Positions 37,069 to 45,657 of a DNA stretch of 64,000 nucleotides are shown piece after piece (positions within the stretch are counted from its first letter, which is position 1; the number at the start of each line of letters is the position of its first letter). The DNA comes from Thermoplasmatota archaeon (GTDB taxonomy: Archaea; Thermoplasmatota; Penumbrarchaeia; Penumbrarchaeales; Penumbrarchaeaceae). Below the pieces are notes generated by a model. The model saw nothing but the letters and a program-made list of their open reading frames with translations, was not told where the DNA came from and did no database searches. Position numbers and translations under genes: made by a program. The DNA lies in contig JALOTP010000001.1 in NCBI GenBank assembly GCA_025457865.1, forward strand, positions 96,457 through 160,456. The letters run 5' to 3'.

Positions 37069-37797
37069 TCATTTCGAATGGGACAGTATCGAATCGAAAC
37101 CCCTGTTGACCCCCTCGAAGTACAGCCTTTCAGGTATCAACGGCCTCTTCAAGGCCTTTCTCGTCCTTTCCGTCAGTACTCCCTTTTCGCACATCTCCCT
37201 GCCCGCTCTCTTCATCGCTCTCAGGTACCTGTTCTTGAAGGGGGCTGCCAAGGGAGAAGGCATTGTCAGCATACCTCCCCCGCATAGATAGATCTCCTCA
37301 AGGACATCCGTATGCATGTTCCTGGCGATCCTCCTGAAGTGGTGGGAGACGACCTGGAAGTGGCTCCGCTCGGGGAAGCCGCAGTTGGAGATGATGACAA
37401 GGCGGGGGTAGCTCTCATACCTCCTCACATGCCTTGACTCGCCTTGGGGATCCCTTTCGAAGTGGGGGTCAAGTAGGGGTATGAGCCTGTCCAGGAAGTC
37501 CTTCATTAGTCCGGGGACATCGTCAACATAGAGCGGGAATGCCAAGACCGCAAGGTCTGCTGTGATGAGCTCCTTGGTCAGCTCCCGCATATCATCCTTT
37601 ATGACGCATCTGCCGGGGGTCCTCAACCAGCAGCCGAAGCATCCCTTGCAGTGGGAGATATCCTTCTCCGAGAGGACATGATGGACCACTTCCGCGTTCT
37701 TACCGGATGCTCCTTCCAGGAACGCTTCCACCAGGAGATATGTGGCAGAGCTACGGCCCTTTGGGCTACCGTTGAAGGCCGCTATCCTCATGGACAT
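37069..37797 (-). CDS. Flavodoxin-like NADPH-dependent FMN reductase / iron-sulfur flavoprotein family
   Basis: The N-terminal FNGSPKGRSS flavodoxin-like fold, the compact Cys cluster CKGCFGCW...C, and the FP(L/I)Y motif typical of Isf/NADPH-FMN reductases. Confidence 0.7.
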   Translation of the reverse strand: MSMRIAAFNGSPKGRSSATYLLVEAFLEGASGKNAEVVHHVLSEKDISHCKGCFGCWLRTPGRCVIKDDMRELTKELITADLAVLAFPLYVDDVPGLMKDFLDRLIPLLDPHFERDPQGESRHVRRYESYPRLVIISNCGFPERSHFQVVSHHFRRIARNMHTDVLEEIYLCGGGMLTMPSPLAAPFKNRYLRAMKRAGREMCEKGVLTERTRKALKRPLIPERLYFEGVNRGFDSILSHSK

Positions 37798-37910
37798 CTT
37801 TTCCCCATGGGCATCTATGGATTTACCTTTATCCGCTCCATATCGACATACCCCAGGGGATTCCCAAATGGCATGAATTATAACAACATTTTTTTATATA
37901 TTCACATAGG

Positions 37911-40898
37911 TTGGCCTTGTTCATGGTAGCTTGCAGGACACTTGCGATATGGACGATGGCCATCCCACTCATCATGACCGGTATTGCCATCGGCGTTTCC
38001 CAAGTAGCTCTTGCCGATGAGATGCCGACAAGGGATATCACTGGAAAGACCGCAATTTCAGGAGGTCTTCTCCAGAGCGGCTCCTTCACAACGGTAGAGG
38101 TCTGGGACCACGATAAGGATGGAAAGGACGAGATGTACCTGGGGGGTGCGGGCAGGTCGAACCCGAAGACCCAGGGCATCCTTGCCTACGAGTTCAACAA
38201 TGCCACGAAGACCTGGGCAGCCTATGGTTCAGGGCTCCCCACCACAGGTTATTACGGGGCGCTGGGCCTGGGCGATGTGAACAAGGATGGATATTTGGAC
38301 ATAGCCGCTCCAGTTCCTACCATGTGGTATTCAGTGTCCACCAACGCGGTCTATGTCTATACCAGCAATTCCGCCGGGGCCTTCTCGCTCTCCCATACCT
38401 TCTCCCCGGGCAAGTCCACCAACGAAGCGGAGATCGGCGATATTGATGCAGATGGGAACATGGACATCGCGTGGACGTACTACGGTGGCCTCACCGTTCA
38501 GTTCGGCTCGGGGAGCGCGACATCATGGACGGAGTCCAGCCCCACGGCCGCAGGGAACGAGCTTGATGGCCTGGCCCTGGGCGACCTCAACAGGGACGGT
38601 AAGCTCGACATACTCAGCACACCTTACAGTAACAGTGCGATAAGGCTCTATGTGCAGGGTAATTCAAGGTCTTGGACAGAGGTCACTTTCAAGACGGTAA
38701 ATGTTGGTTTCGGCATCAAGATAGCGGACATCAACAATGATGGGAAGAACGATGTGGTCTATGGTACACGCTCCTCTGGTATCAAGGTATGGACTGGTGA
38801 CGGAGCAAGCTCCGTGGGGGGCACGACCTTCACCTGGACCGATAACTCCTCAGGTCTGCCCACAGGGAGCGGTGACTGGTCCCAGCTGGAGCTCGGTGAT
38901 GTCAACGAGGACGGGAAGCTTGATATAATCGCTTCATCGAACGGTCAGAACAGGACAAGGATATACCTGAACAATCAGCCCAACAGCTGGACAGAGCTGT
39001 TCTCCGCCTCCGCAGAGGGGCTATACATAGGCGGAAGCGCCTACGGCGGTAATTTCGGCGACTGGGACGGTGACGGCAGGCTCGATTGCGCCGGGTGTTC
39101 GTGGGGAGGCGGGGTGGATGCATGGCTGATCAATAGGCCAGGAACACCACCACCGCCCCCTATCAACAAAGCCCCGGTCCCCAAAGCTTCGAACGATATC
39201 ACGCTGCTCGTCGGCCAGACGGCGAACCTAAACGGTCTGGCTTCGACAGACCCCGAGGACGCACCGACAGGGGACCCAGCAGGCACCGTTCTGTCCTATG
39301 ACTGGAACATCACTTCCGTCCCGGCAGGTTCGTCCATCACCGATGCTTCGCTGACCCCTTCCGATAAGACCGCTTCCGTAAGCTTCGTTCCGGACAGGGT
39401 CGGGACGTACAATATATCGCTTGCTGTGAAGGATAAAAAGGACAAATGGAGCGCCCCCGGAGCGGAGGACTGGGTCATCGTCAAGGCCCTCAAGCCCAAC
39501 GAGCTTCCAGTGGCGAACGCAGGTCAGGACAAGAGCGCTTACAGGGGTGCGATGGTCCAAATGGACGGTTCTGCCAGCTATGACCCTGACGGCACCATTG
39601 GCACCTGGGAGTGGGTCTGCACCTCCTTCAACGTGGCGTTCTCCAATCCGAACAGCGCGAAGCCAACATTCATCGCAACCCATCTGGGTGAGCATACCAT
39701 CACTCTGAAGGTGAGGGACAACAATCTAACATGGTCCCCAATTGACACGGTCCTTGTCAACATCAGGGACCTGGGTCAGGACCTGCCCCCTATAGCCAAC
39801 GCCGGGACCGATGTCCTGGTGACCTTGGGGGACACCGTGACGCTGGACGGTTCGGGTTCCTTCGACCCTGACGGGTCCATTGTGACGTGGGAATGGACCT
39901 CCCTATCCCATCCTTCGCTCGTACTGTCCTCACCCAACAGCTCATCCCCGTCCTTCGTTCCTGCTGAGGTATCGACCTACGTCCTCAGCCTGAGGGTGAG
40001 GGATACCAATGGAACGTGGTCCGCTCCTGACGATGTTGTGGTGACCGTCGAGGCGCCGTACTTCAACGAAAGGCCCATTGCCGATGCCGGGTCGGACCTG
40101 GACCTCAAAGTAGGGGAAAAGGCAACGCTCGATGGAAGGTCCTCAAGCGATCCCAACGGCCAGGTGACGGAATACAACTGGACCTGCACCTCCCATACGT
40201 TGACGCTCCAGGAACCAAGGACCGCTAGGCCCTATTTCGTTCCGTCAGCGGTCGGGAACTACATCTTCGAGCTCAGGGTGATGGACGATGAGGACGCATG
40301 GTCCGGTCCGGACACGGTGATGGTCAAGGTGACAGCTAGACCGGTCACCGCATTCGATGCCACAATAGGTCCTTTCCAGTACAACGATTCCACCCCACTT
40401 GTCGGCGCCATCGTCACCATTGCGATGGCATCCGCATCAAGGACGGCGACCGTGGGTTCATCGGGGACGGTATCTTTCACCGCCCTGCTCATAGGGACGT
40501 ATTCGGTGGATGTCGTCCTGAACGGGACCAAGGTGATATCAGGGAAGCGTTTCGTACTAGGGTCCGATGGTATAGTGAGCTATCCGGACGGTCCTTTCCC
40601 TGCTGTCGTCAAGGTGGTGGTGCCTCCGGTGGACGACGATGACGAGCCTCCTGCTGACGACGATGATGATGGCTCCCCTATGGTCGGGATCATAATAGGG
40701 GCCGCATTGTTCATTCTGGTCATGATAGTGATCGGTGCCATTGCGGCCTTATTGGTGATCTCCCGCAGGAAGGAGGCCGAAGATGGGCCTAAGGTCAGGG
40801 AGAAAGGCATGAAGGAATGCCCGAAATGCAAAATGCCCATGCAGTTCAAAAATGACTTTAATAGGTACTACTGCCCATCATGCAAGGGGTACCGCTGA
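37911..40898 (+). CDS. FG-GAP (integrin-alpha-like beta-propeller) plus PKD-domain surface protein with TM anchor and C-terminal zinc ribbon
   Basis: Repeated GDVNKDGYLDI / GDIDADGNMDI / GDLNRDGKLDI / ADINNDGKNDV / GDVNEDGKLDI / GDWDGDGRLD Ca-binding FG-GAP loops, then four or more PKD-like domains (YDWNITS, WEWVCTS, WEWTSLS, YNWTCTS). A TM helix (MVGIIIGAALFILVMIVIGAIAALLV) is followed by CPKC...CPSC. The start may be Met 37956. Confidence 0.75.
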   Translation: MALFMVACRTLAIWTMAIPLIMTGIAIGVSQVALADEMPTRDITGKTAISGGLLQSGSFTTVEVWDHDKDGKDEMYLGGAGRSNPKTQGILAYEFNNATKTWAAYGSGLPTTGYYGALGLGDVNKDGYLDIAAPVPTMWYSVSTNAVYVYTSNSAGAFSLSHTFSPGKSTNEAEIGDIDADGNMDIAWTYYGGLTVQFGSGSATSWTESSPTAAGNELDGLALGDLNRDGKLDILSTPYSNSAIRLYVQGNSRSWTEVTFKTVNVGFGIKIADINNDGKNDVVYGTRSSGIKVWTGDGASSVGGTTFTWTDNSSGLPTGSGDWSQLELGDVNEDGKLDIIASSNGQNRTRIYLNNQPNSWTELFSASAEGLYIGGSAYGGNFGDWDGDGRLDCAGCSWGGGVDAWLINRPGTPPPPPINKAPVPKASNDITLLVGQTANLNGLASTDPEDAPTGDPAGTVLSYDWNITSVPAGSSITDASLTPSDKTASVSFVPDRVGTYNISLAVKDKKDKWSAPGAEDWVIVKALKPNELPVANAGQDKSAYRGAMVQMDGSASYDPDGTIGTWEWVCTSFNVAFSNPNSAKPTFIATHLGEHTITLKVRDNNLTWSPIDTVLVNIRDLGQDLPPIANAGTDVLVTLGDTVTLDGSGSFDPDGSIVTWEWTSLSHPSLVLSSPNSSSPSFVPAEVSTYVLSLRVRDTNGTWSAPDDVVVTVEAPYFNERPIADAGSDLDLKVGEKATLDGRSSSDPNGQVTEYNWTCTSHTLTLQEPRTARPYFVPSAVGNYIFELRVMDDEDAWSGPDTVMVKVTARPVTAFDATIGPFQYNDSTPLVGAIVTIAMASASRTATVGSSGTVSFTALLIGTYSVDVVLNGTKVISGKRFVLGSDGIVSYPDGPFPAVVKVVVPPVDDDDEPPADDDDDGSPMVGIIIGAALFILVMIVIGAIAALLVISRRKEAEDGPKVREKGMKECPKCKMPMQFKNDFNRYYCPSCKGYR

Positions 40899-41390
40899 AT
40901 GGAAAGCCGATCATCCAAGGGTAACGACAGGACCGGCATCAAGTGGCTCTCGGACACCTTCCCTCATTTACTGACCCTTGTCCTAGGGACCATAGTTATG
41001 GGACTTTGCAGATGGTGGCTCGCCCCCATATACCTGCTCATCTCGTTCCTTGGCCTCCTGTGGTTCCTGACCCATATCTGCCCCTACTGCGGAGCCTACG
41101 ATTCACCATCCTGCCCGAGCGGGTACGGGCTGCTCTCGGCAAGGTTGGTGGCAAGGAAGAAAGGCAGCTTCAGGAAGGCCTTCCTCACGAACATCTGGTC
41201 CGTGGCACTGGAATGGTTCATCCCATTGATCACTGGTATCGTGTTCCTGGTCATCTCCTTCGATTTGGTCCTTCTCGTCCTTTTAGGCCTCTTCGTAATC
41301 GTATCCTTTGTCGTTCTGCCTTTGACCACGAGGAAGAAGGGATGCGCGAATTGCCCCCAGAGAAAGAACTGCCCATGGCAGGGAAAGTGA
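40899..41390 (+). CDS. Cys-rich integral membrane protein (hypothetical)
   Basis: Four TM-like segments with CPYCGAYDSPSCPSG and CANCPQRKNCPW motifs. It starts 1 nt after the preceding gene's stop. Confidence 0.45.
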   Translation: MESRSSKGNDRTGIKWLSDTFPHLLTLVLGTIVMGLCRWWLAPIYLLISFLGLLWFLTHICPYCGAYDSPSCPSGYGLLSARLVARKKGSFRKAFLTNIWSVALEWFIPLITGIVFLVISFDLVLLVLLGLFVIVSFVVLPLTTRKKGCANCPQRKNCPWQGK

Positions 41391-41392
41391 TC

Positions 41393-43039
41393 TCAATCGT
41401 CCATATCGGTTGACAGGTACAGCATATAGGCCATGATGCCCATGGCCGTGGCCGTTTCCAGTGAAATGTTGGACCCTGTGAGCTCAAGGTGATGGGGGAC
41501 GGAGCGGAGCAACGAGGGAGGGAGCCCTCTCTTACCCAGGCCCATGATGAGGCAGACCCTCCCAGAGGGATGGGAAAGCGCCCTGTTCACAGCTCCCTTC
41601 ATGTCCAGGGCCTTCAGGTTGTCCGGGTGGGGTGTGGTGGCCACGGGAAGTCCAAGACCGCTCCAGACCGAGGGCGGTGCGTCCTTGCTGCAGGGGACGA
41701 GGACCATCCTGCCCTTCTCCGCAAGCATCCTGATGTACTTGCCCTCCTCTCCCACAGATGTCTCGTTCACGGAGAGGTCAGCGAGCCTCTTCATGTCATT
41801 GGTGGGGAAACCGATGAGGGCGAGGTCAAGGGAATAGGCCCAGCAGAGGGGAGCGGCCCTTGCAAGGGCCCTTAAGTGGACAGGACCGAGCCTGCCTTCG
41901 TAGGTATCGCATAATGCCAGGACATGGTTCTTCCTTCCAACGCTTTTCGGAGCGTTCTCTCGGGGAGCCGCTCCGGGCCCTGTCCCCTTCTCGAGCCCAA
42001 GGACCCTTTTTACCTTCCTTGAGGCCGCATCATCGCTTTCGGCCATTTCCTGGGCCTTCTGCGAGAGCTCATCCGCCCTTTTCCCATCGCCAAGCCTCCT
42101 GAAGGCATTGGAGCACGATGCAAGGACCTCCCCCCTCCTTTCCATAGGGACAAGGGACGTTCTCTCTAGAGCGCTCATCAGGACAGTATGGGCTCTTTCT
42201 CCCTCCCCGAGCCTGTCCATGGAATCGGATATCACGGAGAGCATCTTCACGGATACATAGGGGTCACCTTCGGAGGAAGCGATCTCCAGCAGATGGTCCA
42301 AGCACTCGACCGACGAGGCCTTCCTTGCCAGGTCATTGAAGGCCTGGAGGAGCTCCTGGTCCTTCAGTTCGGAAAGGAGCGATACCGCGCTCCGAAAGGT
42401 CCTCTTTGCCTCCTCGCCCCTGGATGCCTGGTCCAGCTGAAGGAAGAGGTAGGAGAATAACAAGGTCCTTGTCAGATCCCCCCTCCTTCTCTCCAGGGTC
42501 CTTTCCATGGCTTCCACAGTTTCGGGCGAAGGCCCCTTATCACGGAAAATTGCCTTGATCACCGACTTGCCGTTCTCCAGTTCGAAGCCCCTGTTATCGA
42601 GCGCCAGGACCAGCAGTTCCATGCCGAGGACAGCATCCGCGCTCTTGGCGCAGGCCTTGATCCCCTCCGATAGGCCGTGGCCTGATGGTATGGCCCTTAA
42701 CAGGTCCAAAGACCCCCTGGTCAGCTGGGCGTTCTTCCTTGGGTCTTCCGACCTGTTCGCCTGGTGGAGAATCTCACCCAATAGCTCGCCCCGCCTCCAC
42801 TCGGATGTGACGGAGGAGGCCTCCTTCAACGCCTCCTCGAGGATGTGCCCCGCACGGTCCTCATGCATGCTGCCCTTGAGACCTATCTCAACGAGGGCAA
42901 TGGAGCGATAATAAGGGTCCTTCATGGACCTGGCACTGCCGAGCAGCTCTTCCCCCTTCCGGCCGCGCTTAAGTTCCCTTGATATCGATCTGCAGTTCTG
43001 AGGGTCCCCCACGGAATTAGGCATAGAGGCCCCTATCAC
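41393..43039 (-). CDS. Hypothetical alpha-helical repeat protein with possible C-terminal SPOUT-like domain
   Basis: 548 aa. The N-terminal ~350 aa are helical-repeat-like. The C-terminal ~170 aa (VLALCDTYEG...GLGKRGLP...HHLELTG...ATAMGIMAY) loosely resemble SPOUT/DUF531-type folds. Not confidently recognised. Confidence 0.35.
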   Translation of the reverse strand: MIGASMPNSVGDPQNCRSISRELKRGRKGEELLGSARSMKDPYYRSIALVEIGLKGSMHEDRAGHILEEALKEASSVTSEWRRGELLGEILHQANRSEDPRKNAQLTRGSLDLLRAIPSGHGLSEGIKACAKSADAVLGMELLVLALDNRGFELENGKSVIKAIFRDKGPSPETVEAMERTLERRRGDLTRTLLFSYLFLQLDQASRGEEAKRTFRSAVSLLSELKDQELLQAFNDLARKASSVECLDHLLEIASSEGDPYVSVKMLSVISDSMDRLGEGERAHTVLMSALERTSLVPMERRGEVLASCSNAFRRLGDGKRADELSQKAQEMAESDDAASRKVKRVLGLEKGTGPGAAPRENAPKSVGRKNHVLALCDTYEGRLGPVHLRALARAAPLCWAYSLDLALIGFPTNDMKRLADLSVNETSVGEEGKYIRMLAEKGRMVLVPCSKDAPPSVWSGLGLPVATTPHPDNLKALDMKGAVNRALSHPSGRVCLIMGLGKRGLPPSLLRSVPHHLELTGSNISLETATAMGIMAYMLYLSTDMDD

Positions 43040-43072
43040 CGTTCTCTCTATAAGCCTTGTGAGGGTGTAATC

Positions 43073-43774
43073 CTACACGTACATCGGACCAGGGCTGGGG
43101 CCGTTCTCTTTTTCGGCCTTTCCGTTCTTCTCAAGGAGGTCCATCATCTGCTTCAGGAATGTCTTTGCATCTGCCGGCTGGAGACCTGCCCTATCTGTCA
43201 GGAACTCGAGGATCTGCTCCTTGGACTCACCTGAGGCGAGCTTTTCCGCGACTATGGTCTTGTACTTGTTGACCATGAACTCCTCCATTTCCTTGGTCAG
43301 GTCCAGTATCTTTATGAGATTATGGGCACCCACGACAAGGAGGGTGAGGGCGTCGTTGAACTCCTGCTTGCTCAATGAATGGAGGTCGAGGTCCACCTGT
43401 ATGACGGGATTGTCATCGTAGCCGATCAGTCCTGCCTTCATGAGGTTCAGGTCGGTATTGAGGTGGAGGAGCTTCTTGTACAGCCTCATCCTCTCAGGTA
43501 CATCAAGGGCATCGGTCGGGATTATGGGGTTTATGACCAGGTTGGCATAGTGCTTGGTCACGACCACCTCTATGTTGAAAGGTATCTTCGGGTGGGTCGC
43601 CACTATAAGGTCGTTCTCGGTCCCCTCTACCTTCTTGACCTCCAGGTCCCATGGAATGTCCAGGAGGGATTCCGAATCTTCCTTCCCCTCCTTTAGCCAG
43701 TTGGAGAACATCTCCGTCCACTCGTTCATGGTCATCCGGTGCAAAACATGGTATTTATAGTTAAATGTATCCAC
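43073..43774 (-). CDS. Hypothetical protein (233 aa)
   Basis: Clean ORF with host-like codon usage. No motif recognised. Confidence 0.45.
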   Translation of the reverse strand: MDTFNYKYHVLHRMTMNEWTEMFSNWLKEGKEDSESLLDIPWDLEVKKVEGTENDLIVATHPKIPFNIEVVVTKHYANLVINPIIPTDALDVPERMRLYKKLLHLNTDLNLMKAGLIGYDDNPVIQVDLDLHSLSKQEFNDALTLLVVGAHNLIKILDLTKEMEEFMVNKYKTIVAEKLASGESKEQILEFLTDRAGLQPADAKTFLKQMMDLLEKNGKAEKENGPSPGPMYV

Positions 43775-43801
43775 GGAAATGATAGGATGGGAGAAAGAAC
43801 G

Positions 43802-44359
43802 TCATTTCGGGACCAGGTCCGTGCTCAGAAGTGAAAAGGCAAGGGCATCGAAGTACTGCCCATCCTTCAAGTAGTGGTCCCTCAGCCTACCCTCGTACCT
43901 GAAATGGGCCTTCTCCAGGACCCGTTTTGACCGGTGGTTTGGTTCGAAGATATGCGCTTCCAGTTTGTGGAGCCTCAGGGGGCCGAATGCATAGTCCGCC
44001 AGGGCCGACAGCCCCTCAACAACGTACCCCTTTCCCCACAGGTCCTTGGCGAGCCAGTATCCTACCTTGGCCTTGTTATGATTCGGTTCAAAGCCCATAA
44101 GCCCTATGACGCCCGAAAGGGTCAAGGTATCTTTCGGAACGATCGCGAGGTTCAATGCGGTCCCTTCCATGAAGGACCTCTTGCTGTTCACGATGAAGCT
44201 CAAGGCGTCGTCCAATGAATAGGGGAACGGTATCATAAGGGTGTACATGACCATCTCACGTGACGATATGAGGTTCACTATCTCGGGTGCATCCTTCATT
44301 TCGAGAGGCCTTAGGCTGAGCCTCTCGGTCGTTATCGGCAGTGCAGGCCATACCCTCAT
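43802..44359 (-). CDS. GNAT-family N-acetyltransferase (RimL/RimJ-like)
   Basis: TERLSLRPLEMKDAPEI...VIGLMGF...GYWLAKDLWGKGY, the acetyl-CoA-binding motif A. Confidence 0.8.
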   Translation of the reverse strand: MRVWPALPITTERLSLRPLEMKDAPEIVNLISSREMVMYTLMIPFPYSLDDALSFIVNSKRSFMEGTALNLAIVPKDTLTLSGVIGLMGFEPNHNKAKVGYWLAKDLWGKGYVVEGLSALADYAFGPLRLHKLEAHIFEPNHRSKRVLEKAHFRYEGRLRDHYLKDGQYFDALAFSLLSTDLVPK

Positions 44360-44514
44360 CCTTATCAGATGCTCCGGGGATCGAACGCATGTACACGAGG
44401 AGAGGTTCCATATTTAAGCCTTATATACTAACAACTGTTAAGGGGTGGCAAGACCTGTCTTCCCCAGGGTCCTTATGGAGACCTGGTGGGGACATCAGAA
44501 AATGGGGTGACCGT

Positions 44515-45057
44515 ATGGATATAAAAGTTGAGAACGTAGTTGCCTCCGGCTCCGCCGGTACAACGCTGGACCTTCAGAAGATATCGATGGCCCTTGATGA
44601 TGCCGAGTACGAACCCGAGAAGTTCCCTGGGCTCATCTACAAGCTCAAGGAGCCCAAGACCGCAATGCTCCTGTTCACGTCCGGGAAGCTCGTGTGCACC
44701 GGTGCCAAGAACATAGAGATGGTGAACGAAGCCGTCCGGATAGTCCTCAAGAACATAGAGAAGATAGGGATCAAGGTCGCAAAGAACCCTGAGATAAAGA
44801 TCCAGAACATTGTTGCCACAGCGGACCTGAAGAAGGAATTGAACCTCAACACCATAGCGATATCGCTGGGGCTCGAGAAGGTCGAGTACGAGCCCGAACA
44901 GTTCCCCGGACTCGTTTACAGGGTCGATAAGCCCAGGGTCGTCATGCTGCTCTTCGGTTCCGGCAAGATAGTCTGCACCGGCGCGAAGGAGATAAAGGAC
45001 ATAGACCTCGCGCTCCAGGAAGTCGTCAAAGAGCTTACCGATGCGAACCTGATATAA
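44515..45057 (+). CDS. tbp: TATA-box-binding protein
   Basis: Two direct repeats (IQNIVASGSAG.../IQNIVATADL... and LVCTGAKN/IVCTGAKE), ~180 aa from the Met at 44515. Confidence 0.95.
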   Translation: MDIKVENVVASGSAGTTLDLQKISMALDDAEYEPEKFPGLIYKLKEPKTAMLLFTSGKLVCTGAKNIEMVNEAVRIVLKNIEKIGIKVAKNPEIKIQNIVATADLKKELNLNTIAISLGLEKVEYEPEQFPGLVYRVDKPRVVMLLFGSGKIVCTGAKEIKDIDLALQEVVKELTDANLI

Positions 45058-45657
45058 CTAAATAATGACGTATTTATAAAAATATTATATTAATTTAATT
45101 ATTACCTTCTGGTTATTTCCATTCATATCTCACATGGGCAGTTCTTTGTCCAGCTCCGGCAAAGGTAAAATTGTAGTGGACTTACTAAAGGTTACTTGGA
45201 GTGATCACCTGACCGGCGCCCTGAGAACTCGTATCGTCGGGCGCTCGGTCTTTGATACCTAGTGTTGTGGCGATGGGGCTAGGAACCCCTTCCGGGTTCT
45301 TCTCTGGACCGAGGTGAGGCCTCGGACAGGACCGTGACCATAGCAGATCGATAAGGTCCTTGACGAAGGTCTCCAGGAGATGGTGGAGGAGGAAGAGGAG
45401 GAGAGCTGGGAAGATTGATAGGAATAGTGACATAAGGACCGATAGGATGGCCCCTTCTCTATGTATGTGTCTTAGGACGACCATGGATAAAATCTGCCTG
45501 ATAGGAAGTATTAAAGTCGCCTTCCTCCAATGAAGGGTATAGGACAGTCTATCCCGATCAGCAACTAGAGGCTCACGGATCTCATAGGTTTTGGTACGAC
45601 ATGAGGTTCCATTGAATGGGAATAGACAGTTCTTAAGGCGATTACCGGAGGGATACG

